Assembly: GCA_964483665.1 (NCBI GenBank)
Contig: CAZACP010000001.1
Coordinates: forward strand, 6,358-70,357
DNA: 64,000 bases
From: an uncultured Candidatus Saccharibacteria bacterium
GTDB lineage: Bacteria; Patescibacteriota; Doudnabacteria; UBA920
Direction: 5' to 3'
Made by a program: the position numbers and the translations under genes. Of the stretch, positions 53,588 through 62,693 are shown in pieces (position 1 is the stretch's first letter; each line of letters opens with the position of its first letter). Under the pieces are notes generated by a model. The model worked only from the letters and a program-made list of their open reading frames with translations. It had not been told where the DNA came from and searched no databases.

Positions 53588-53729
53588 CACTCACTCCTTT
53601 ATTTCGGACTAAAGAAAAATATCAGAGAGAGTTTTGTCAATAATCTACGGAATATGTATACTGCACTACAGATGTCTATAGAGTTTTTGTAGGTATCTGT
53701 AGATTCGTATAATTTGTAGTTTTGTAGAT

Positions 53730-54662
53730 ATGAAAATTGTATTTTTTGGAACATCTAACGTGGCTTTGCCAATTTTAGAAGCGCTGTCTAAGCAGCACGA
53801 AATTTTGGCAGTGGTTACCAGACCCGACGTTAAAGTAGGGAGAAAACAGGAAATACAGGATTCGCCTGTCAGTGTTTTGGCTACGGAAATGAAGTTAAAA
53901 ATTTTAAAACCGCAAAAGGTTAAGGGCAATAAAGAGTTTTACGAAGAACTTAAAAATTTTGGCGCAGATATTTTTGTGGTAGTTTCTTACGGCCAAATTA
54001 TGCCGTCGGAAATTATTAATATGCCAAAATATAAAACCATTAACGTGCATTTTTCGGTTTTGCCAAAATATAGAGGCCCCTCCCCTATTCAGTTTGCATT
54101 GCTTAACGGTGAATCATATACCGGCACATCGGTTTTTATTTTAGACGAAAAAGTTGACCACGGCCCCTTGCTTGCGACCGAACAAATACAAATAGACGCG
54201 GACGATAATTTTTTAACTCTTTCTCAAAAGTTGGCTTATAAGTCAGCTGCTGTAATTAACGAAGTCATTGCTAATTACGTTTTAGGTAAAATTACTCCCC
54301 TGCCCCAAAACGAAGCACTTGCCACTTACACCAAAATAATTACCAAAGCCGACGGCAAGGTAGACTGGAGCAAAACCGCTGGGGAAATTTATAACCAGTT
54401 TCGAGCTTTTTACCCTTGGCCAGGGCTTTGGACTACCTGGCAGGGAAAAATTTTAAAAATTACAGATGTATCAGTAATTCCCAATGTTGTCGAATCCCCT
54501 CTTATACAAAAAGGCGGCGGTGTCTTAGAAAATGGCGTAGTCGTTTGCGCGAAAAATACTTTTTTACAAATAAAAACCCTCCAAATGGAGGGTAAAAAGG
54601 AAATGACAGTTTCAGATTTTGTTAATGGTAACAGAAATTTTCTTGGTTCACTACTCGGTTAG
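53730..54662 (+). CDS. fmt: Methionyl-tRNA formyltransferase
   Basis: MKIVFFGTS...; formyl-transferase N- and C-terminal domains; HFSVLPKYRG. Confidence 0.9.
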   Translation: MKIVFFGTSNVALPILEALSKQHEILAVVTRPDVKVGRKQEIQDSPVSVLATEMKLKILKPQKVKGNKEFYEELKNFGADIFVVVSYGQIMPSEIINMPKYKTINVHFSVLPKYRGPSPIQFALLNGESYTGTSVFILDEKVDHGPLLATEQIQIDADDNFLTLSQKLAYKSAAVINEVIANYVLGKITPLPQNEALATYTKIITKADGKVDWSKTAGEIYNQFRAFYPWPGLWTTWQGKILKITDVSVIPNVVESPLIQKGGGVLENGVVVCAKNTFLQIKTLQMEGKKEMTVSDFVNGNRNFLGSLLG

Positions 54663-54860
54663 ATTCTCCAATTTTTGTCCATGAGATAGTAAAAAAAGAT
54701 TTATTTCCGCTAAAGCAGCATTTTGTTGGTTTTCGGTTAATTCCATTACAGCATGGTTAATTTCTGAGCGTGTGATTGTTTTTTGTTCTTCGTATTTTCG
54801 TTTAATTAGGTTGACTGCGTGGCTTATAGAGTCAAAATTTTGTTCTGTTTCATTTTTCAT
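54651..54860 (-). CDS. Small hypothetical protein
   Basis: 69 aa, AT-typical; precedes mltG on the same strand. Confidence 0.3.
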   Translation of the reverse strand: MKNETEQNFDSISHAVNLIKRKYEEQKTITRSEINHAVMELTENQQNAALAEINLFLLSHGQKLENLTE

Positions 54861-54865
54861 ATAAT

Positions 54866-55717
54866 TTATTTTAAATATTTAAACTTATTTTGTACGTGTT
54901 CTTCGTGGGTTTTGGCATAGTATGGCTGGCCGGTTTTTTGGTCGTGTAAATAATATAAATATTCGGTATCCGCCGGGTTTAAAACCGCTTCTATAGATTT
55001 TACAGAAGGGTTGGAAATTGGGGTTGGGGGCAGGCCTTTGTGCTTATAAGTATTATAGGGTGAATTAACTTCCAAATCAACCAAACTTGGGCTGGCTTCG
55101 CTCTTGCCTGTCGCGTAATTCACTGTGGCGTCGCTCTGAAGCGGCATACCGATTTTAAGTCGGTTTAAAAAAATGCCGGCAATTGTTGCTTTTTCGTTCG
55201 GAAAATTATTGGCTTCTTTTTCCACAATTGAAGCAAGAATAATTGCTTCATAAAGACTTAGCTTGTGTTGTTGTGCCAAATTTTCCGCGTCTTTGGGAAG
55301 CTTGTTTTCGAAATTTTGAAGCATTTTTTTAATTACTACCTCGCTGGCTTCCTTAGGAGTTGTTAGTGTGCGGTCGGTAATGCTTTTAAAGAAACGGTAA
55401 GTATCCGGGTACAAAAAGCCCTGCAAATTTCCGTTCGCTTGCGCCGGTAAAAATTTAAAGTTAGAAATACTAAAATTTTTTATAGCCAATTTAAAGTCTT
55501 CCTTTTTTACAACCCCTTGCTTTTCCAAATAATCGGCAATTTCGTTATTGTGCCAGCCTTCTAAAATTGTCAGATTTATTTCCTCCGCTTTTTTGTTTTT
55601 TGCCTCTTGGTATTGCTTTTGCCTTAACTTCCTGGCTTGTAGTTTTGAAACAACGTAAAAACTGCCGAAAAAACCAACAGCAGTAATTAATAAAAAAATT
55701 AGAAACTTTTTTGACAT
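54866..55717 (-). CDS. mltG: Endolytic murein transglycosylase (YceG-like)
   Basis: N-terminal TM plus YceG domain (…LQSDATVNYATG…). Confidence 0.85.
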   Translation of the reverse strand: MSKKFLIFLLITAVGFFGSFYVVSKLQARKLRQKQYQEAKNKKAEEINLTILEGWHNNEIADYLEKQGVVKKEDFKLAIKNFSISNFKFLPAQANGNLQGFLYPDTYRFFKSITDRTLTTPKEASEVVIKKMLQNFENKLPKDAENLAQQHKLSLYEAIILASIVEKEANNFPNEKATIAGIFLNRLKIGMPLQSDATVNYATGKSEASPSLVDLEVNSPYNTYKHKGLPPTPISNPSVKSIEAVLNPADTEYLYYLHDQKTGQPYYAKTHEEHVQNKFKYLK

Positions 55718-55883
55718 CTTTAAAATCTGGTTTTTATACCAGTTGATTATACCATATTACTTTCGCAGATACACAGATGAAGAAAATAGCACAGATTAGT
55801 ACCTATTACTGCTGCTCAAGAATTGTAGCCCCCTATTTATAAAGACATACGTGTAATCTGTGTTAAATTTGTGTATCTGCGAT

Positions 55884-56576
55884 CTACATTTTTTTAGTTA
55901 AGCCGTTTTCAACCTCATCGAGAATCTTTTTAGCGTGTTCTTTGCCGCCAAGACCAAAGGCAATGCCGCCGGCAATGGCTATCATGGCTACAATAGCTCT
56001 AAATAAGTCTATTAAGAAGTCCGTGGCAATTTGGAGTTGGGAAAGCGAAGCAATAAGCGCAAAAATTACAATTGCCCATTTGGTAATGCTGGCCAGCGCA
56101 GAAGCTGAAGCGTTAAGCCCGCTGGCTTTAACCGAAGATCCGACAATTCCTGAGAAAAAGTTTGCAGCTAAAATTCCCAAAAGCAAAATTGCCATGGCTA
56201 TTATGACCTGGCCGCCGTAAGCGAGCACGCTGTCGTAAAAGAAGCGACTTACTTCATTAAGTCCTAAAATTTCAGCGGTTGCAATAAAGCTGCCTAAGAA
56301 AAAGAACCACTTTATTATCCAGGCGCCTAAAGCGGAAAGGCTGAGTTTTTTTCCAACCTTCTCACCTAAAGAAGCAAGTCCTAGCGAATTGGCAAGCTGG
56401 TCTATTTTTATCGCGTTTAAGATTTTTTCAACAAAGTTAGAAAGCAGGCTGCCCAAAAGCCAGCCGAAAATTATTACAATAATCGCCGCAAGTAAATTTG
56501 GTAAAAACCAAAGTACTCTCTCGTAGAGGTCGCCAAGCGATGTTAATACAGTTGATTGATATGTCATTAGATTCAC
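55884..56576 (-). CDS. Polytopic membrane protein with conserved TM-helix repeats (MscS-N-terminal-like)
   Basis: Repeated Ala/Gly/Ile-rich helices. Confidence 0.5.
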   Translation of the reverse strand: MNLMTYQSTVLTSLGDLYERVLWFLPNLLAAIIVIIFGWLLGSLLSNFVEKILNAIKIDQLANSLGLASLGEKVGKKLSLSALGAWIIKWFFFLGSFIATAEILGLNEVSRFFYDSVLAYGGQVIIAMAILLLGILAANFFSGIVGSSVKASGLNASASALASITKWAIVIFALIASLSQLQIATDFLIDLFRAIVAMIAIAGGIAFGLGGKEHAKKILDEVENGLTKKM

Positions 56577-56775
56577 AGATACACGGATAACACAGATAAC
56601 ACAGATTTTGTGTTAGTGAGATCCGTGAGATTAATTTATTATTTATTATTATCTTTGTTTCGTTAAGGTTTCCGGTATCGACCTTAACCGGGTTGTTTAA
56701 TTTTAGATTTTTGATTACAGATTTTAGATTGTGTTAGAATCTAAAATCCAAAATTTTTAATTTGCGATTATAATT

Positions 56776-57216
56776 TTATTCGCCCACAATTTTTACCCAC
56801 GCTTCCCTGCTTCTACCGCCGTCCAGTTCTACAAAAAAGACGCTTTGTTTAGGACCTAAGAAAAGTTCGCCACGCTGAACTATGACACTTTCCGAGGCAC
56901 CTAAGAAAAAGGCTTTTACATGGGCATGGCCGTTGCTTCGTTCGTTGGGCGCAATATTTTGCCTAACCTCGAATAAGTCGTGGCTGTAGCTGGCATCAAG
57001 CGGAAATAGTTTGTATAAAGTTTTCATAAAGTCCTGCATAAGCAGCGGCTCGTTATGATTTATTTTTATAGTTGCCGTTGTATGGGGGCTAAAAATAGTA
57101 ATTAAGCCTTCCTTTATGCCGCTTTCAACAACCGCAGTTCTAATGTGCGTGGTTATGTCGAGCATCTCGAATTGTTTTTTGGTTTCTAAAAGCAGTTTTT
57201 TTTGATAGATTTTCAT
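56776..57216 (-). CDS. yjbQ: YjbQ/UPF0047 family protein (secondary thiamine-phosphate synthase)
   Basis: HTTATIKINHNEP...GHAHVKAFFLG. Confidence 0.8.
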   Translation of the reverse strand: MKIYQKKLLLETKKQFEMLDITTHIRTAVVESGIKEGLITIFSPHTTATIKINHNEPLLMQDFMKTLYKLFPLDASYSHDLFEVRQNIAPNERSNGHAHVKAFFLGASESVIVQRGELFLGPKQSVFFVELDGGRSREAWVKIVGE

Positions 57217-57427
57217 AAAGCTACAGAACTATTTGTTATACGAATCTACAGAAAACTACAGAATCGCAAAATTAAAACCTTTTATATTTAAAATGGCGGA
57301 TAATGCTTAAAATTATTTCCCACCCAAATAAATTTTTCTTAGTTTCCAAACTAAAGATTTTCATTTTTGTTTCTACTTTTCTCTAAGCACTATTCGTTAA
57401 TCTCTAAATATATTATACCACAAATTT

Positions 57428-57454
57428 AAAACCCCCGCAAAAAGCGGGGGTTTT
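57428..57454. terminator. Bidirectional terminator after hup
   Basis: aaaacccccgcaaaaagcgggggtttt. Confidence 0.8.
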
Positions 57455-57494
57455 GTTTCTGTGGTATCGGTAAATTTCCGTGGATATCTGTGAA

Positions 57495-57788
57495 TTAAAG
57501 GATAGCGTCTTTTGCGGCTTTTAATACGCGGAATTTAATAACAGTTTTAGCCGGAATTTGAATTGAAGCTCCGGTTGCCGGGTTTCTGCCCATTCTAGCG
57601 TCGCGGTGCTTTTTTAAAAGCTTGCCAAGACCCGGAATGGTGAACTCGCCTTCTTTTTTTGTCGTGGCATAAGCCATGGCAACTAAAGCGTCTATAAATT
57701 CACTAACTTCTTTGCGGGTTTTGCCTAATTTGTCGGCTAAAGCCTGCAGGATTTCTGACTTGGTCATTGTTTGGTTTCCTTTTGCCAT
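57495..57788 (-). CDS. hup: HU family DNA-binding protein
   Basis: MTKSEILQALADK...; the arm motif RNPATG. Confidence 0.9.
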   Translation of the reverse strand: MAKGNQTMTKSEILQALADKLGKTRKEVSEFIDALVAMAYATTKKEGEFTIPGLGKLLKKHRDARMGRNPATGASIQIPAKTVIKFRVLKAAKDAIL

Positions 57789-58209
57789 CTTTCCCCTTCT
57801 TGACCTTTTTTGGTCTAAGGCAAGATGGCGATTATTGATGACTTATTAATTGATAATTTAATATTAGCAAAAAACCCAATAAAATCAAGGGATTTTTACA
57901 CAGTTGTCAAGGATATGGGCGATATTAAGATATTGGATTTTAGGATATTAAATAATTTGGCTTATTTAAAAGGTAAAAGCGACGAGCCTGGCTCATCGCT
58001 TTTTGCGAGATTTTGAAACGCGGCGGACCAGAATCCAATCCCAAAATTTGCATTTGCTAAAAATTATGAGCGCTGCAAGTAGTGCGAATAAATCGCACCG
58101 ACTGCTTTTGGTTATTTGCCAGCGGTCTTTCAGGCCGGCGAAAAAAAATTCCGACAGCGGCAAGTCGTACTGCCTGTACATATCGCGCTTGGAAAGCATT
58201 ACCCACTCC

Positions 58210-59250
58210 TTATAAAACTAGCATTCCGTCGCCAAAAGAAAAGAACCGAAATTCTTTTTCTATGGCTAGTGAGTAAAGTTTAAGCAATTTTTCCTTTTCG
58301 GTCAAAGCAGATACTAGCATCATTAAGCTGCTTTTTGGTACATGAAAATTCGTTATCATTCCGTCAATTAATTTAAACTTAAACCCCGGTTGTATAAAGA
58401 GGTCTGTGCTGCCGGATAGCTTGTTATTTTTTGCAAAGCTTTCTAAGGTTCTGGTTACTGTTGTGCCAACCGCAATTATTGGCCTGCCTTGTTTTTTTGC
58501 TTTTGTTATATAATTAGCGGTTTTTGCGTCTATATAATAATTTTCTTTATGCAATTTGCCGGTTTTTATTTGTTCTTCTGTTAGTTTTGCAAAAGTGCCT
58601 AAGTTAACATCTAAGCGTACAAATTTTATTGCTATGCTTTTTTTGCGCAATTTATTTAGCAACCTTTCTGTAAAGTGTAAGCTTGCCGTAGGCGCCGCGA
58701 CCGACTCCCCTGTTTTTGCAAAAATTGTTTGGTAAGCTTCGCGTCTTTGTTTTTCCGTAAGCTTAGAATGCTTAATGTAGGGAGGTAGCGGAGTAAAGCC
58801 GTGTTTAGAAATTAGCGATAGTATTTCAGAAGTTGGAAAATTAGGCTTTAAATAGTAAATACCTTTATTTTTTTTAAAAACCTTAAAAGTTTCTTTTAAA
58901 ATACGGCCGTCAGTTAAAAGAAACTCTTGATCAGATGATAGCTTTTTATTTGCCAGTACTTGTATTAATCCGCCGGATTGTCTAATGTAAAGCGCTTCTA
59001 CTTTCCCTCCGGTTTTTTTATATAGAGTTAGTCGAGCGGGAATTACCTTAGTTTGGTTAAAAACTAAAACCGAATTTTTAGGCAAATACTTCGGCAGATT
59101 TAAAAATGTATCAAAACTGATTATTTCAGTCTTGCGGTTGTATATCAAAAGCCGCGCGTTGTCGCGCGGACTTATGGGTTTTTGCGCAATTAACTTTGGG
59201 GGTAAGGCGTAATCGTAATCTTGTGTAAGTTTAGCTAAGCTTGATTCCAT
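58210..59250 (-). CDS. queA: S-adenosylmethionine:tRNA ribosyltransferase-isomerase
   Basis: DYDYALPPKLIAQKP N-terminus and QueA blocks. Confidence 0.9.
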   Translation of the reverse strand: MESSLAKLTQDYDYALPPKLIAQKPISPRDNARLLIYNRKTEIISFDTFLNLPKYLPKNSVLVFNQTKVIPARLTLYKKTGGKVEALYIRQSGGLIQVLANKKLSSDQEFLLTDGRILKETFKVFKKNKGIYYLKPNFPTSEILSLISKHGFTPLPPYIKHSKLTEKQRREAYQTIFAKTGESVAAPTASLHFTERLLNKLRKKSIAIKFVRLDVNLGTFAKLTEEQIKTGKLHKENYYIDAKTANYITKAKKQGRPIIAVGTTVTRTLESFAKNNKLSGSTDLFIQPGFKFKLIDGMITNFHVPKSSLMMLVSALTEKEKLLKLYSLAIEKEFRFFSFGDGMLVL

Positions 59251-60163
59251 TGCTGTTAAATTTTACTGATTTGACAAAAAAATAACCGACAATCACAAAA
59301 GTTGTTACCGGAGAAACCCAAGTGTCTATATGCATACCAAAGGCATCGGCTACCATTATGCCGCCCAAAGCCAAAATGGAATACATAGCCCCATTTTTTA
59401 TAAACGCATACTTTTTAATTCTGTCTATATTGTGCAAGGTAAATTCTCTGACCACAAAAGCGCCCAAAGAATTGCCCAGCAGAATTAAAGGCACGGAAAG
59501 CGTAAAGGCAAACGCGCCTAAGACGCCGTCTATGGAAAAGGTTGCGTCTATAACTTCTAAATATAAAATTTTGCTTATATCGGACAGATTGCCTGAGCCG
59601 GACAAAAGATCTTTTTCCCTTGCCGCGGCGTTTTCTTTAAAGCCGTGGGTAATAAAAAAGGCAGTGGAACCGACCACGGCGGAAAAAGCTAAGAAAGGGT
59701 CAAGTTTAAGAGACTGCCAGACAACCACAGACAGAATTATAGAAACAACCGCGTAAAACCATACCCCTTGTTTGTGGAAAAATTTTTCGCCCCATAGCCC
59801 GTAGTTTTTGGGTTCCAAAAACAGCCAGTGAAAAAATAAAAATACTAAAAATATTCCGCCGGCCATAAGCAGCAAGGGGGCGGACTTTTCCACCGCCGCA
59901 ATAACCGAAGGGTCGGAAGAAAACGCCGCGGTTACGGCTTGCCAAGGGCCTAATCCAGGTGTTGAAAGCCAGACTATTAGCCAGGGTAAAAGTCCCCGTA
60001 TTGCAAAAACCGCGAACAGCATGCCCCAGACCAAAAACCAGCGCCTGGCTTTTTGTCCCATAGTGCTTAAAACCTCGGCGTTAATAATGGCATTGTCTAT
60101 GCTGGAAACCGTTTCAAAAAGACAAAGCCCCAAAATAATTAAGATTAAAGAAAAAATGTCCAT
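59231..60163 (-). CDS. TerC/DUF475-like integral membrane protein
   Basis: SIDNAIINA motif; multi-TM; overlaps the queA start by 20 nt. Confidence 0.55.
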   Translation of the reverse strand: MDIFSLILIILGLCLFETVSSIDNAIINAEVLSTMGQKARRWFLVWGMLFAVFAIRGLLPWLIVWLSTPGLGPWQAVTAAFSSDPSVIAAVEKSAPLLLMAGGIFLVFLFFHWLFLEPKNYGLWGEKFFHKQGVWFYAVVSIILSVVVWQSLKLDPFLAFSAVVGSTAFFITHGFKENAAAREKDLLSGSGNLSDISKILYLEVIDATFSIDGVLGAFAFTLSVPLILLGNSLGAFVVREFTLHNIDRIKKYAFIKNGAMYSILALGGIMVADAFGMHIDTWVSPVTTFVIVGYFFVKSVKFNSNGIKLS

Positions 60164-60269
60164 ATATAGTTTAAATAATTTGTTACTCTTTAAGAATTTT
60201 ACCGTATAATACAGTGTCTGCACAAGGAGAAATGAGCTATAATACTTGCAAGTAAAATTTACTCAAAAT

Positions 60270-60836
60270 ATGGAAAAAACATTGGAATCGGCAATTAACG
60301 CCTGCCAAAAAGGCCAGCTAGAACAGTTTGCGGTAATATATGACAGTTATGTAAAGAAAATTTATGACTTTCTTTTTTACCGTTTAAGGCACAAAGAAAC
60401 AGCCGAAGACTTAACCAGCGCAGTTTTTATGAAGGCTTTGGAGAAAATTCAAAGCTATAACCAGCAAAAGAGCGCCTTTAATACCTGGCTTTACACCATA
60501 GCCCGCAATACCCTCTTTGACCACTTTCGTTCCCACAAAGACCAGTCCCCCATTGACGAGGCTTTAGAACATTCTTCAAACCAAAATGTTTCTAAGGAAG
60601 TAGGACTTAAGATGGAGCTGCAAAAAGTAGAGCAGCTTTTAAATAAGCTCGATGCTGAGCAAAGGGACTTGGTTGTAATGCGAGTTTGGGACGGCTTAAG
60701 CTTTAAGGAAATTGCCGAAATTTTGGGCAAAACCGAAGCCGCCAGCAAAATGCAGTTTGGTAGGACTTTAAAACTTTTGCAGGCTCAGGTGCCAATGGCC
60801 TTACTTTATTTGTTGCTAGTAAAACCGACAACCTAA
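60270..60836 (+). CDS. ECF-type sigma-70 family factor
   Basis: Region 2 (FNTWLYTIARNTLFDHFR) and region 4 (LSFKEIAEILGKTEAASKMQFGRTLKLL). Confidence 0.8.
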   Translation: MEKTLESAINACQKGQLEQFAVIYDSYVKKIYDFLFYRLRHKETAEDLTSAVFMKALEKIQSYNQQKSAFNTWLYTIARNTLFDHFRSHKDQSPIDEALEHSSNQNVSKEVGLKMELQKVEQLLNKLDAEQRDLVVMRVWDGLSFKEIAEILGKTEAASKMQFGRTLKLLQAQVPMALLYLLLVKPTT

Positions 60837-60973
60837 ATATTAATTTAATTTAAATCATAAAACCATTCAGAGCGAAGCGAATAAGCGCTTTTGTAAGGGA
60901 CTCCTCACTCCGTTCGGAGTGGTTAAAATTAAGAAGTCATAGGTTTTATAATTCAAAATAACTAAACAATTTT

Positions 60974-62458
60974 ATGAACGAACAAATTAATCAAATATTG
61001 CAGGAATTGTATAAGTACGATCCTGAATTTATGAAGCACGAAAAAGAATTAAAAGAAATATTAGGCCAAATGCTACAAAGCGCGCCAAATACCAAATTTG
61101 ACCCTTTGTTTGCGGAAAGCTTAAGGAAAAAAATCTTAATTAGGGCGGAAGAAATATCTTCCGAATCAGGGTTAGTAAAAGACAGACCCATGTGGCAATT
61201 TGCGCTTCCTGCTTTTGCGGTTATGGCGATTGCTGTTTTAGTAGGCGCTAACTATTGGAAAAATTTAAACAATACTCAAATTGCCAGTATAAAAGAATCT
61301 AAATTACAGCCTTTGGCTTTTGGGTCTTTGTCAGGCATTGTCCCCGGGGGTTTTGGCAGAGGCGGCGGCGGGGGTATGGGCGGAGGCGATGGGTCAGCCC
61401 AAAATACCGCTGTAATTACAGATGAAGCAATGAAAGCCAGGCCGCAAAGCGGCGGAGGCGGAGATATGTCCATTTTGCCGGTTTTTGAAAACTACAAATT
61501 TGTTTATGCCGGTGAAAATTTGGATTTGAAAGAAGAAAACTTACCGGTATTTAGGCGAGTTAAGGGTTTTGGCAAAACTTTAAATTTAAGCAGTATTATT
61601 AAGAATTTTTCTGTGCCGGTTTTTAATCTAAAAAATCTTCAAAATCCTTATGTAGAAATGTTGACTTTAACTGAAGATAGGGATTTCGGCTATATGGTTA
61701 ACTTGAATTTCAAGGAAGGAAGCTTGAATATAAATGAAAACTGGTTTAAATGGCAGACTCCGGACAGAATGTGCCAGGACGAAGCCTGCTATAACCGTTA
61801 TCGCCTTAAGATTTCTGACTTACCTTCAGACGAAGAAGTAATATCAATTGCAGATAATTTTTTAGAGCAATATGGTGTTAATAAAAATATTTATGCAGAG
61901 CCTGTAGTTCAAAAGCAATGGTTTAGGGATTATCAGGTAGCTTCCGATAAATCTATGGCCTGGGTACCGGATGTATTAACTATAGTTTATCCATATCAAA
62001 TTCAAGGACAGACTGTTTATGATCAGTCAGGTTCTCAAAGCGGTCTTATGGTTAGCGTAAATGCCAGAGTAAAAAAAGTTTCCGGGCTTTATGAGTTAAC
62101 TAACCAGGTTTACGAATCATCTGATTATTCTGCTGAAACTTCTTTTGACCGCATTAAAAAAATTGCCGAAGCCGGTGGTAACCAAGTTTTTTATCCGGCC
62201 TACGAGCCTAATATTCCTTCAGTTCAGGTAAAGCTCGGTACTCCAAGCAGGTCTTTAATGCGCATGTGGAAGAACGAAGCCGGCAAAGAAGGCTATGAAA
62301 TTTTTGTGCCCGCATTAGTGTTTCCAATAATTGACCCCCCGGCAAATTTTCCTAGCTACCGCTCGGCGGTAACTATTCCTTTAATTAAAGAATTAATTAC
62401 AGAACCCTCTGTAATAGATCCGGGCCAGCCTATGCCTTTAACAGCGCCCAAGGGTTAA
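60974..62458 (+). CDS. Putative anti-sigma factor / membrane-anchored extracytoplasmic protein
   Basis: Cytoplasmic N-terminus, TM FALPAFAVMAIAVLVGA, Gly-rich linker GGFGRGGGGGMGGGDGS. Confidence 0.45.
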   Translation: MNEQINQILQELYKYDPEFMKHEKELKEILGQMLQSAPNTKFDPLFAESLRKKILIRAEEISSESGLVKDRPMWQFALPAFAVMAIAVLVGANYWKNLNNTQIASIKESKLQPLAFGSLSGIVPGGFGRGGGGGMGGGDGSAQNTAVITDEAMKARPQSGGGGDMSILPVFENYKFVYAGENLDLKEENLPVFRRVKGFGKTLNLSSIIKNFSVPVFNLKNLQNPYVEMLTLTEDRDFGYMVNLNFKEGSLNINENWFKWQTPDRMCQDEACYNRYRLKISDLPSDEEVISIADNFLEQYGVNKNIYAEPVVQKQWFRDYQVASDKSMAWVPDVLTIVYPYQIQGQTVYDQSGSQSGLMVSVNARVKKVSGLYELTNQVYESSDYSAETSFDRIKKIAEAGGNQVFYPAYEPNIPSVQVKLGTPSRSLMRMWKNEAGKEGYEIFVPALVFPIIDPPANFPSYRSAVTIPLIKELITEPSVIDPGQPMPLTAPKG

Positions 62459-62462
62459 AATT

Positions 62463-62692
62463 TTAAAATCCCCTCTTTTTTTAAAAGAGGGGCTGGGGTG
62501 AGGTTGTAAGTTAATTTATAACCTCGCCCCGGAAAACTTTTAGTCCGGATTTAAAAACAAAACGCCCTTTATGTCTAGAGCATAAGCGGGGCGTTTTAAT
62601 TTGTTTAAATTTTCGACAGGACAATTCGCGCCGTGCCCCGTACCCTTCTTCGTGGTACTGGGGCGAATTGTCCAGTCAAATTAAATGCCGAG
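62463..62692. other. GC-rich nested-hairpin region between convergent genes (terminators and/or a small structured RNA)
   Basis: Four stems including ggacaattcgc...gcgaattgtcc and cccctct...agagggg. Confidence 0.35.
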
Positions 62693-62693
62693 T

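Noticed and set aside
310-57300. Whether the short word repeats are CRISPR arrays
   Set aside because: The units are 8-17 nt, irregularly spaced and mixed in orientation. No 25-40-nt constant repeat alternates with unique spacers, and no cas genes are present.
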